Origin: Aplysia californica
Lineage: Eukaryota
Length of the DNA: 64,000 nucleotides
Assembly: GCF_000002075.1 (NCBI RefSeq)
Contig: NW_004797272.1
Coordinates: forward strand, 3,658,195 to 3,722,194
Reading direction: 5' to 3'
The notes beneath the pieces were generated by a model. That model was not told the DNA's origin. It saw only the letters and a list, made by a program, of their open reading frames with translations, and made no database searches. Both the position numbers and the translations under genes were made by a program. Positions 1-13,100 of this stretch are shown here, piece by piece; the stretch's first letter is position 1, and each line of letters begins with the position of its first letter.

Positions 1-52
1 AAGAAGAAGAAGAAGAAGAAGAAGAAGAAGAAGAAGAAGAAGAAGAAGAAGA
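1..52. repeat. (AAG)n microsatellite
   Basis: Perfect AAG run at the window start. Confidence 0.95.
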
Positions 53-659
53 AAAAAAATTCTTAACACCCTGGGCTGTGCGGGTTTCCATAACTAAAAG
101 GAAATAGTCAGAGCAATAAAAGCTTATCTGAAAATATTCCGCGAAAGTCTCGTTTGCTGAGGTTCTACGAGTCTACGAGAAATGCAACTTAGCCAAGGCC
201 TGGGCTAGCCTGGCCTAATAAATTAATATTCTTCTTTAAAATACTTTCATGAAATAAAAATTTATTAATTTTCAGATTTATCACTTTCCCAAGTTTAGAG
301 AGTTGATCAAAGTAAAGACGCAATACTTGAATCTTGTGTTTATTTTTATACATTAGGTATGATGACAAAACATGAAACATCCTGCTGTATCGATCGAAGC
401 GTTGAGGGACCCACATAATACCCTTTTGCGCTAGACTAGAACGAAAACGCGGCAAATTCAACGCGCCTAAATTATAGATCCAGGCCAGAAGTCCAGAAGA
501 CGCGCGGTCTTGCCTCGAACGAACAAGCGAAAACAGCAGAAGGCAAAATTCGAGATCGCTTTACTTATTATTGAGCCACCGAATTGTTGAGTGTTGACGT
601 TGTAGACGGAATCTTGGCAGTTACACGTGAGTAGTCTTTTGAATATCAGTAGTTAATTA

Positions 660-2270
660 ACATAGAAATCTAGAATCTAGATTATTCTAGATCTACATGT
701 ATTATGAAGCCGATTCGGTACATGTGTCATGAGAGCGCATTCTCATTCGGCTCGGCACAGTAGTAGCCTACTCACGACTTAATTACACTTAAATCATAGA
801 TATAGATATAGATATAGATATAGATCTAGCCTTGATCACCTAGATCTAGATCTAGATATCTACAGCCAAGTCCATGATTCACCAAGAACGAAATGATTTT
901 TGTGATCTGATAACCAGTCATGTTATGATATTAAAGCCATAATCTAGATTAGAATCTAGATTTTCTAGATCTATATATCTAGATTCTAGATCTAGATCTA
1001 GATCTGGAATCTAGATATAGAAATCTAGATTCTAGATTAGAGAGATTAATAATAACTTGCGATGGAGAAATTCTAGAATCTAGATCTAAATCTAGATGTC
1101 TAGAATCTAGATTTCCAGATAGATCACTATACAAAGTCAGGGAAGATTGAAGAATACCGGACCACTCGTATACATATTGCGCGAGAATGTGGGGGGGTCT
1201 CCCCCCTGACAAAATTTTAATGAATAGATCTAGATCTACCGGTCCTAGATTCTCCTTTGAGAGATATTAAAAATAAAAACTGGGGAAAATCGTGAATTCC
1301 TAAGGTTGAGACCCGCGTTTTCGTTCTAGATCTAGTATTCTTCAATCTTACCCTGATCAATAAAAGATTCTAGATCTCGATATCTAGATTAGATCTAGAT
1401 ATAGATCTAGATCTAGATATCATGCGATACGGTCGTCCCATAGTTGTATTCTCAGACCAAGAGAGAATAAAATGGAAATAATTCTCACCCAGGGTAGACA
1501 TATCTAGTTCTAGATCTAGAATCTAGAGCTAGATAGATCTAGAGTCTGGATCTAATCTAAATCTAGATCTAGTAGAATAATGACTTTGGGTAAGACCAAT
1601 GATATGTACTATCATTGGTAAGACGTCCCATAGCTCAAAACCTAAACGAAATAAAAAGGGCGGAAACAAAAAAAAAAAAAAAAAAACAACTTGTGAGAAT
1701 GATTTGACGAGTATTCTCACACCGAGTGAGAATACTCCCACCGTCATGTTAAACATCTAGAATCTAGATCTAGATCTAAATCAAAACCATAGATGCACAC
1801 TATAAGGGGTGATTCTATGATCAAAACTGAAACTAACAAGTTTAGCTGAACATGAGTCGTGTGTGAAAGTATATATCTAAAATATAGTAGAGTCTTCTCA
1901 TTACTTTTACTGTCTCGTTTTTGCGTAATTCTAACATTTCTATTCAGTATAGGCCAGCAACTAAAAAACCCCAAACCCCTTAGCCTTAGACTTAGATCTA
2001 AGATCTAGATTCTAGACAAGAATCTAGATAATAAAATACGAGGCCTGACTTCGTTTGCACGCAAATGTCTACCCTCCCCCACCTTTTAATAATATAGGCA
2101 TTATAACGTCTCTTTTATTCACTGCCTATTTCGCCATTGCAGACTAGGTAGACTTGTTACGAATTACATAATGGCATTACTTTTTGCTATTAATCCGATA
2201 GCTGGGGTCTGAAAAGAAAGCTAGATTCTAGATCTTGTTCAAGAGTGAGCGTGGACTAGACTCTAGTAGA
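660..2270. repeat. Low-complexity tracts of palindromic TCTAGA/AGATCT hexamers
   Basis: Dense runs such as tctagatctagatctagatct at 840-860, 945-1110, 1370-1420, 1500-1572, 1755-1780 and 1990-2030. Confidence 0.85.
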
Positions 2271-3959
2271 GCTTTTTTCAGGTGTCTTTATCGATTGTGT
2301 ATACGACTAGACTCTGGTACGTGTATAGGGCCTAGCCTACATAGACCAGGATAATAAGCTTATTTCATGTCCTTTTTTGGACCGTTTTCGGCAAGCAACA
2401 TGGGGCAAGGCTTTTTAGTTTTAGCCTTTTCAAGCTCAAGCCGCTTCCTTCCAACACAACCAGCAATGCCTGGCCAGCTGGTCCTTTGTCCCGACTCCCG
2501 ACAGCGCTGCGTGGGCAGGGTCTTTACTATAGCACAACAAAGAATTAATCCCAGACCGCGCTCTTTTTTTTGTGGCATTGGTAGATCGACTGAACAGCCA
2601 ACGTTTGGTGTAGGTAGAAATGGATAGACCTAGATATAATATTTAGAGGTGTCTGTCTGTGTCTTTCTGTCATGGAGTCTTTAGGTCTTTTACTTTGAGG
2701 GATCAGATTTCGAACTCTTGGAGTTCATACAGAAAATAAATGTTCATTTTAGTTTATACACGGGTGAAGCATTTAGTCGGCTCTCTGAATAAGAATTAGT
2801 CATTTTGATTAGGGCCTATAATCAATATTATGGCCGGTGGTTCAGAGAAAAGACCCGTCCGTGGTTCCCGCCTGTCTTGTAAAACGTAAACCCGGTTCTT
2901 TTACAGCATGCAAAAAAGTCTGCTCTTGGCTATATTTAGCAAATCGTTATGCTTGAATACACCTGACAAGTGCAGGGGGACTACTTGGCTACGTGACGCA
3001 ATTCTGAACCAAGCACACCGATAGATTCTTTAATGAAAGACGGGAAGTACGTAGGCTAACCTACTAATAGTCTACCCCTCGATGACTGAGATAGGCCTAT
3101 TATTGATTAGCCTATGACCAGTAAAGCCTCTGATCGGCTAGACTGTTTTATAGAACGTATAGCATAGGTAGGCCTAGGCCAGAATAAATTAATATTGGTA
3201 GACATATGGCGCGAAATGAGAAAGGTTTGCATATCATTGCCTTGCTTGGCCTATTCTAAATTTAGCGTCATGCGTGGGAGGGAAATCCCACGCGCGCAAA
3301 CTGGCCGCGCGCGCGCCGAATAGGCCAGAGCTCGCCCAGTCTTGATGGGATTGCTGTGCGTCGGTGAAATTAGACCGGCACATGGTTTCGAGTACCACCA
3401 GTGTAACGGTACCGGTACCGGTACTGGGATAAGATGGTATCAGAGGCTCTTGAAGTCTTCGCATCTCGAGTTTTCCTAGCTGCTCCCCCCCCCCTTCAGC
3501 CCCCGCTCCCACCCCACCCCAAATAATGAAGACATCTAAATAAATGAATAAATTAAAAACAACAACACAACAACAAACAAACAAACAAAAAACACATTCG
3601 CTGCGCTCCGAGACTCGTGTCCTTGCATGAGCTTTTCATGGCATGACGAGTGAATATTAGGCAAGGCGGGCACAGGGCAATTTTAGTTGCTTAACAGTTG
3701 CTGTCTCCGGGCAACTTATTTTATACACCGCACGCTCATAGGTAAGCAACAGCCAGGCAGCCGTAGGTTATCATCAATTCTGACTTCCTCATTTGACGTG
3801 GTAGGCGCTAGGCCTAGATACTTCCCAGTACCGTCAATTATAATGGAGGCCTGGTGCCGGTACTGAAACCGCTTACGGTAGCCAAGGCTAATACCGTGAG
3901 TTTCGGTACTGGGAACCGGTTCCTGTCCAGCACTGGGCCAGTGGTGGGAGTGTCGTTGG

Positions 3960-4290
3960 CTAAGCCCCGTTCTCTGATTGGTCGGGGCGTTTTCTATTCG
4001 CTCAACTTGGCCTCGACTCGACTTGCTGCGCTCGGCGCTCGATAGGCCCTAGAGAGGCCTAGTTTGCACGTGGTGGCAGAAATTGAGACGCGCATAGAGA
4101 CGCATTGTTCACAAAAAGCGGTCCTGGAAACGAGCATGTCAGAGTGGTAGTGCCTTTATTTAATAACTTATTTCTCCCGTATTTTCACATTCCTACAGGT
4201 GAGATGTTCTACTTTCAATTTCATATTTTGTCTTTTTCTTATTATGATTATCAGTTTGAGCCAGTCACTTTCACATTGAGAATGTGAGTA
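3960..4290 (+). promoter_or_regulatory. Putative promoter (inverted CCAAT box plus GC box) and non-coding 5' UTR exons of SLC28 copy 1
   Basis: ctgATTGGtcGGGGCG near 3974-3989. Donor acag|gtgag at 4198/4199 and a small exon 4255-4283 (cag| ... aat|gtgagt). The block is conserved in the other two copies (40230-40790 inverted; 47030-47400 plus 48190-48290). Function is inferred. Confidence 0.55.
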
Positions 4291-5118
4291 CCGGCAATAC
4301 GAAATCTGAGTAGGACAAGGTCATTGATGTTTACGCGCACGTGCATAGATCTACTTGTGTGTAGATACTACAGCAGTTGTTTTCGATTTTGGCTGTGGAA
4401 ACGAAAAAGTTGTTAAAACACACAAACGGAATCGGATCCCACCTTTAATTTTATTTGAATCTTGAAATTGAAAGAGAAACGGTTATGGCATGGGCCTACT
4501 ACTGCTAGATTCCATTACAACCATGTCTCACAGCGCCTCGTCACTCATGGCGATGATGCAACTGCCATGTGAAGGAAGCCAGTCATAGCCACCCTAATAG
4601 TAGGCTAGTAGTGGAGAAATACTCTGTACGTGGTTTTTGTTGCTCTCGCCTGTAAATGATGTAGGGAATAGATCTAGATATATAACTGATCTTTGATTCC
4701 CCTAGGAACATGGTTCGGTCCCGACATAGACAAGTTGGCTGTTGTATCGGTGTATTTAGTATAGCCTATTCAGTTTGTGCGGTTGCCGAGGCGATAATTG
4801 TTTAGGAAGGACTTCCTTTCCGGCCGTTTTATTTCTTTATTTTATTAGAAGATAAATGAAGTGTGGGCCTTAAGTTATTTTTACCTTAAACTTCTGCCTT
4901 TATTTGCTTAACAAGTTGAATGATGGATGGAATATTATATATTGTCTTCAATATTGAACTTAACAGCACACCCTTGGCATTCTGCCTAACATTTTTTTTT
5001 CTTCTGAAGAGACGTCTGCAGGACTTAAAGCAGTGGCCAGTTGTTGTGAGGAAACCTTATTGGAAATTTTGCTTCTAATAGTAAATTAGAAGCCTTCTCA
5101 GCTAATGATTTATTGTCC

Positions 5119-5597
5119 GAAAGTGGCTATTCTCACCCGCCCGGAAGTTCACGCAAGATCAACTCCTCCCCTCTTCTCTCTCTCTCTGTCTCTTTCTGAA
5201 TACTGTCTATCGGTGTGGACGATCAAATTGACCAAAACAAAGTAAAAAAATGATGTTAAAACACAAAAGTAAATTAATTTGGTTGTCTACAAAGATGCTA
5301 CGGCTATTTAACTTTTCGAATCGAGCCGAACTACGCGGGTCGCCATTTTGTTTTGCCCGGAAATTCTCGCTCTACTCCTCTCTCTCTTTCTCTCTCTCTC
5401 TCCACTGCCCACAGACAAAATTGTACGCTTTTAGTAGGCTACAGTTGTAATGGAACGTTTGTTCACGGCACAGAATTCTACAATTTTTCTGTTATCACAG
5501 TGTAGAATTCTGTGGTTTAGGGTGAACGCGCACCGGGTGAGAATAGCCACAAGACTCGCCTGCACTATTCTCACTCCGGGTGAGAATAGAGGTGGCC
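5119..5597. mobile_element. Non-autonomous DNA element (MITE or Helentron/HINE-like)
   Basis: Inverted repeat gtggctattctcacccg (5123-5139) / cgggtgagaatagccac (5534-5550), internal (CT)n, 3' hairpin ctattctcac-tccgg-gtgagaatag (5565-5589), flanked by the direct repeat ttattgtcc (5110-5118, 5598-5606). Confidence 0.6.
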
Positions 5598-7161
5598 TTA
5601 TTGTCCAAGATGGGACTTTCCTGGTCTCAGACTGCTCGACAGAGACAATCCACCATCACCTGAAAACACATCGAATTCACACACAGAAATACCATGTCTG
5701 CCCCCGGAATGGAAAAAATTGAAAGAATATACTATAGGCTCGGCCAATAATATGTGGGTGTGGGTTAAGCTACTACAATGTCCCTTTGGACCTAACGATA
5801 GACCCACTGCACCAACCACGATCTTTGGACTTTGGTGGATAACACCTCAATCAGCAATGGCATTGATTTCGACATGTTAGGGGCTTTGTGATTCACTTGA
5901 ACTGTTTACAGGATGGACAACTTGACATAATACAGTTAAACCTGCTCTGACGGCCACCTGTATAAAGACAGTCCCCTGTACCAATGGTCACTTCCTATTT
6001 CCTCCCAGACGTAGTTTTTAAAAATTAATATTGTAAGACAGCCCCTTTTCTCCGGGACCACGGGTGGCTGTCTTAGACAAGTTTAACTCTTCAATTTGCT
6101 AGCATCTGCGTTTGTTGCCATTTTTAAATTCAAAAGTTGCCCCAAAAAGTGGCAAAAGTTGCCCAAAAAGTTGCCATTAATTTTCAAGCTTTCAACTCTG
6201 TGACGACGTAATATACCAATATGTTGATAGAGGTAACAATCTAAAGCGCCAGAATTTCTTGTGCTCTGTTTTAAGCATTCAGAATATCATTTGTAGTCAC
6301 CCGGAGGTTAAAAACGTGAAAAATAAAGGTTTCACAATAGAATGAAATCAAAATTAGAAAAGCACAATGAATAACCACAAAAATTAACTAATTAGGGCGC
6401 GTGCCACCTATTGGAAGATTGGCTGTTTTAACCCTAAACGTGTGTAATTAAAAAAAAGTAGGCTTGCAGGATACCACATGTAAATTGTATTATGGAATCA
6501 CACACAATTGGGGCGTGCCAGTGTCAGTATTTTCAGTTTTGATGGAGACACGCTCTAACATAACTCATTTCTATTAAATTGAATGACATTGCGCTGTATA
6601 AACGGAAAAAAAAAAGAAAAACAAATCATCAGAACAATTTTTACCAAAATTAACACCAACAAATTAAAACTCAAGAAAGAGGGAAAAATAAAAGACAGTC
6701 AGCAATATAAACAGTATGTAATGTAATGTACTTATATTCTCCGCATGAAAATAGATACACATGGACATCTTAAAACTTATCAAAATACATGTCTAGTATG
6801 TTATGAAGTAGCTTTGTTGTTTTGTCTTTTTTGAAAAATTATACAAAAATCACGGCCGCGATTTGCGGACCAAAAAATGCCCAAAATCGCTGGCAGTTTG
6901 AGCCAACCATTGTATCAGGAACCATCACTTGCCATCGCCATATTAATAAGTATGATCCTTTCAAGTTGTACACTATAAATATATATATATATTTTTTAAA
7001 AATAAGAAAACATATTGTCACCTTGGTATTTTCTACAATGAAACAATAACGTATTACTTATAAATGGAACTTTGTTTTCATTTCTTTTGCCTTCAACTGC
7101 TTCTTGTTCTTTCTCTCTGTATATATACCCATATTGTTTGCTTTGGATTTAGAACACAAAG

Positions 7162-10100
7162 ATGCCTTTTACAACGAGCTCCCCAAAGAAGGCTCCCATC
7201 CCAGGACCAAATGATTCTGGAGTTAGCATACGGCTTGGTGATGTTTCCACACCCAACAGCAGTGAATCAGATGAACTGGAGAAGCTGAGCCCAGGGGACT
7301 ATGAGAAGTCAGACCTGACGATTGACATTGAAGATGGTGAGCTGTACTTTTATTGTATAGCATGCACTGGAATGTAGTGCCAATAGATAATTTGTGTTGT
7401 GTATCAATTTTGTGAACTAAATGTCTTACTTTTGGTGCCATGCTTCTGACTTTTATACTTTTGGTACGTGTCGACACTTAGAATGAAGGTTCATGATGCA
7501 TTTGCATATTTAAAAAAAAAATTCATACTTCACGCTTAGGTAAATCTTTTACAATTTATAATAGTATGAAATAATAAAATAAGCCTATTAAAATTAAAAG
7601 ATGGCGTCAGTTGAAAATCTATGAACGTGAACACTTGTGAATTTCGAGAACTAACTCATTTTATCAGCACACCTCCTAATTAGGGTATTTAAGAGGCGGG
7701 ATATCTGAATTTAACTTCCGTCTCTGACAGAACTAAGCCAAATGGATTGAGTCTTGAAAACCTCACAAAACAACCCAAGTTCCAGAATGCCCTGTCAGGG
7801 ATTTGAACTAAGGCCTTCTGCTCCGTATTCCAGCATGATATCAACTGAGTTAACAGAGCACCCACGCTAACATTTGGTCTGCTGCCGTGTTATGTCCTTG
7901 CTGCTGTGTGGTGAGGTGTCAGCAAACTAGCAGACAGCTGCACAGGTCAATTAGCAGTTTGTCCCATCAGTATGTCATCCACATGTCTCTTGCCTCATCA
8001 TTAGCACCTCATTCTGCATGGCTCTTTGTTTTTTTGTTTCTTTTTTTAGACAAGCTGGATGCCGTTGATGATGATGAGGATGGAGATTCAAGTCAGTCAT
8101 CATCAGTCATTAGTATTGTGAGCGATTACTGTGGATCCAAGTTGAAATGGGTATGTGTGCATTTCACCTTCCTTCTCTGTCACCTTCCTTTGTAACATTT
8201 CACACTTAAAGTCATGTCTTCAGTATATTCTTTTCTTCCCTTCTTTCTCTCTTTTTTTCTTTAACACTTTGCCCCCACAGGACGCCATTCGGCGACGGTA
8301 AGAAGCTGTCCATTTTCCCCTCCGATTGGCGCCGGTGTGATATAGCGTGTACCGCACCTGTATCCTGGTCCGTGAGGATAATGTTGCACGCTGTGTGGGT
8401 GGAAAGTGTTTAACAAGCACTTCATGCTTCTACTAGCCAAAAATTTTCTGCCGTTTTTGAAAACTTGTTACTTATTCATTTTGTGGACTAATTCAATGTA
8501 GGTAGTTTTAATGGCGTGTGTATTTTGGGGTAGTGGTGGGTGCAGTTTAAAGGACCAGAGTTGTTTAAATCTTTTGTACAGTTATTTTGAAATTTCAACA
8601 CATGAGGATGTTTCCTCTGATAAATTGTTCTAAATTTAAGTTTATTTTAAATAGTTCATTCTGTATGGATTGCCAATGGTTGTTCTTTTAGTTTGTTATG
8701 CTGCTTATTTATGTACTGCAGTTATATATATATATACATATGCTGTGAAAGTTTTAATTGATAATGGAGGTTGGTTCGTGAGTACTCTTGTGTGGTTTGC
8801 TCCTTATTTCCTGTCAAAAACATCTTATCATCCTTATCTCTCCTCCTTTTGTGTTTGTTACTTTGTTGTAACACGTGCTATCTTTGATACTTATATGACC
8901 TAATTGTGTTATAGGATCTAATTGTGTTGCAAAAGTGCGTAAAACTATTCTTAAAAAACAAAAGCAAGATTGAAAATGTTGTCTTTTTTGTTGTTCTACA
9001 GATAGTGCTTGCAATCCTGTGCATGGCATATGCAGGTTACTTTATCTGGGCGTTGGTTGTTGCTGCCATCCACAAATGCGATGAGGACCATGATGTTGTG
9101 CCGCTCATCTGTCTCACAGTTGCTGCTCTGCTCATTGTCATCATAACATTTGTGAAGGAAAAATTTTCCGATGACATCAACCAGTCAGTTCTTGTACCTC
9201 TGAACAAAAGTATCAGTAACCACTGGCACATTCTGAAATGGTTAGTTTTTTCAAGTTAGCTTCTTTCAAGTAGTGTATACTTTTGATAATCTGTAAGTCA
9301 TGTTCTTGAAACCTTGAGGCTTTTTCTTTCTTCCTTCCTTTCTTTCTTTCTCTCTCTTTCTTTCTTTCTTTTTTTCTTTCTTTCTTTTTTTAAAAAGATG
9401 CTGGGTCTTTGAATACCTTTTTTTGTGGTGACAATTAATTCTGGCTTTGGATTTTTATTTGATTGCTGAAATGTTGGGTTTTGGAGCATGAGAGGGAGCA
9501 GGTGTAGCCTTCTTTGAACATCTATCATCTAAGGTTTTGTGTGTCGGAGAACAGAGGCGTTCAATAGCAGATGTCTGTTATTCTGCATAATTGGTTTGCT
9601 AACCGCCTTATATGGGCAGAAAGGAAATGTATCCATGTCTGTTCTTAGTCACCAGCCCAACATATTCGTAGGTAATGTTGCTACAACGCTTGAATCATAA
9701 CAAGAATAGAAAGATGACATCTTTTACTTGTATTATTATTTTTTTAAAAATATTTTGAATTGTTGAATTCATTGGTGTGGGTTAGAAAAATATACATATG
9801 GTATGTTATTTCAGCACCTTTTACTCATTATAATGCAGTAAACTCAGCCAAAAAGATTTAACCCCTTCTGAGCCATTGTTGACTGTTTTTGTCTTTGAAA
9901 CATTTGATAGTTAAGTCAGAGAGAGAAAGGAAAAAGTAGCATCATCACCAGTTTGCTTTATCTGAGCTATTTTAATCTTTTTGCAACGGGTAATATATTA
10001 CAACTATTTGTCAGTAACCTAGAGAAGAGTGATATTTTAATTATTCCTTTCAGTGCTTGCATTGTGACTGGCCTGAATGTATACCTGATACGATACAAAT

Positions 10101-13100
10101 GTTCTTTCAGGATCCTGGCAGTTGCACCTATTTTGGGCATTCTTGCAATCATCATCGTGTCTGCAGTTCAAAGACCATCAAATCTCATTTCCCTCATGGG
10201 CTGGATGTTTTTAGTGTGCGTCCTGATCTTCTGCTCAAGAGCTCCAAGAAAAGTAAGTTTGCACTGGAGATTACCCGACTTTAATGACGTTGTGTTTCAA
10301 GTCTGGTGGAAATGAAAATATCAATGTGTCAGACAAAACCAATTAAATTTCTCTGAAATATTTAATCATCGAGATGTGTCCTTCCTCTGTAGCATGTCCA
10401 TTTCCTGGTTGCTTTCTGTAACGTGTCCTGCTCCTACTTTGCGCAACCTTCTGTGCGTGTTCACTTGGGGTTCACTTTTATTGGTTCAACATTAATAATG
10501 GTAATGGTAATCGCTTTCCCCCCATTTTCTCTAGTTGGCTCACGCAATGGCAATGGAGAAACTTTTAACATAATTCAAAACACTCGGGGGGGGGGGTTAG
10601 AACCGAAGTAGAAGAATGACATTATAACAACAAATGATTATAGCAATAACATTTTGAACCATTCCGCGGCGTGCAACAATGCTGGGGCAAAAGTGTGTGC
10701 ACAGCACATGAAAAAAATTGTTTGCGAAATAGGAAAAAGGACGCGCCATGGAGAACAGCTCGGAAATGGACACACTATGGAGAACGGACATGCCACTGAG
10801 TCCTACACATAAATATAATGTGAACAGAAAAGTCATAGGCAATGATTGAAATCTTTGCAAGCTTTATAGTTCTTTCCACAATTCTATCAAATACTTCTCT
10901 GATTTTTGCTCACAATTTCATATTCAAACTAACTCTTGACAGTTCTTGGGTTTTTGACCAATTTGTCAAGACAAAGGTGGTTGTCAAAAAAAATTCATAC
11001 AAATTTCAATTAGATTCTATTCGATGGATATTCCATTGGTAACTTTTAGGTGAATTCTTAGTTTAATGATCAGTCTTAAAAAGGAATTCAAGAAGGCAGA
11101 TGGATTGGGTAATTTAGGAAAATACACTACTCATTTTTTATTTTAGTGTGAAAAAAACGTCTGTTTTTCTCCTTGTCAACAGAATCAAGTCTGACATTTA
11201 TGTACAAGAATCAAACTGGATATATTTGATTTAAAAAAACAAAACAATTTTAGCCTCCTAAAGCCTTGGAACATTTTGACGAATGAACTGTTAGTCTTTG
11301 AAAGTGTTTCACATTGGTAAAACTTAATGTAACCACTAGAGACTGATTAAGGATTAGATTGTAGTAATACATTAGTCATTAGTTTTTTGATGGAACATTT
11401 TCTGTCTTCAGGTGAAATGGAGGCCCGTTGTCGGTGGCTTTGCACTGCAGTTTTACTTTGCCACTCTGATTTTGAAATGGGACAAAGGATACGACATGTT
11501 TAATGCTGTTGGAAAGGGATTCACAACGTTTCTCAGATACAGCGAATATGGGGCAGCTTTTGTGTTTGGCAATCTGGATGATCACTTCTTTGCCTTTAAG
11601 GTGACTATGTTTGATTGATCAGTTAGAGCGTATCCTGTTGGGTGTATATTTTATTAACATCTGAAATAGCTGGTACTGTTTTTTTTTTTTTCTTTTTCTC
11701 TTATTTGCTCTCCGAATGGCTTTCCATATTATGTCGTATATGAAAGGTAAAGATTAAATTTTGACAAATAGAAATGAAAATTTAATTGGTTTGCATATAT
11801 ATCTACTTCTGTGGCTGATTATTTATGACATTTGCTTTCGCTTGCTCTGGAAAATAATTTTAATAAGGATACTCATGGTGTCGTCTTATTTCTGTAAAGG
11901 TAAATAAGGGATTTGAAGAGAGGAAAGTTTTGGCATGGTATTCTCTTCCGTTGAATATTTGCGCTATTGTGATGCTTATGACTTTTTGCGAACATTCTTC
12001 GAAGGTCAGACGGTCATCGGAGTATTTTATAGTCATCAACCAATTTTTATTACATTGGTAATAATGCTGCATATTGACTCTGCTGTTGTAAAAATACATA
12101 CACATATTAGTATTAGACTCAGAATAAAATTTAATATATCTCTGTTTCTCTTCTCCAGGTTCTTCCAGTAATAATTTTCTTCAGCTGCGTAATTACAATG
12201 CTTTACCACCTCCGTGTTATGCAAGTCATCATCGGCAAAATTGCCTTTGTCATGAGAGTTACCTTAGGCACCACAGCCGCTGAGTCTTTGTGTGCTGCAG
12301 GGAACATCTTTGTAGGACAGGTGAGAAAGGATATATGGCTGTCTGCCTGTACTGACTTAGTCAGTTTAAATAATTTAGTATGCAGATGAATGTAAAGTGC
12401 AAGACTCGTCATTTGCTGATGTTGAATTTCCTGGCCTCTGCTTCGTCATATTTATGTACCATCAACTTACTTCCTTAATTTAAGACCTTTTCTCTTCATT
12501 TAGGTATTGCACGAGAATCTTTTAATCCGTGTCTTGTTTCTCATAGATCATATTTGTTCATGACGTGGTGGAATTAAGCGCTCATCAATTTTTGGGCATA
12601 TAGAGAGTTATTTAATATCATTTTAAGGCTTGTTCGTCTTGCATTAGATGAAAAAACCCATCTCTCTCTTGAATAGATGTTGAAATATTTGCGATTGAAG
12701 GAGATGGGGATCACTTGGTATGAGAGGTAAAAATTAGTGAGAAAATAGTGATTTCTTTGATTCCATTGTTTTGACGAGCGCCTAATTTTTTTCCATGCTG
12801 CCTCACATATGTGTTCATAATTTTTTGTTGTTGGCTACTGAGATTTTGTATAGAATGGGTTACATTTGAAAAGTGTTACTGCTTTTTATATGCTGAACCC
12901 AATTCCTTGTAATCCACTTAAAATTTGTTTTCCTTGAAGTGAAATGAACCTTTCAGCTTGCGTAAACTTTCTACCTTTTTTGCCTGTGGTGTCCAAGGCC
13001 AACTGTATATGTAATTGATAAATCTATACCTATTCCCAAGGCCCTCAAGAAAAAAGTGTATAATTACTCCATGAATTTGTTGTTTCATTGTGGGAATTCC

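Noticed and set aside
189-7049. Short ORF-track ORFs upstream of the gene (e.g. DLDLDSR-rich)
   Set aside because: They are translations of TCTAGA repeats and other non-coding DNA, with no recognisable domains.
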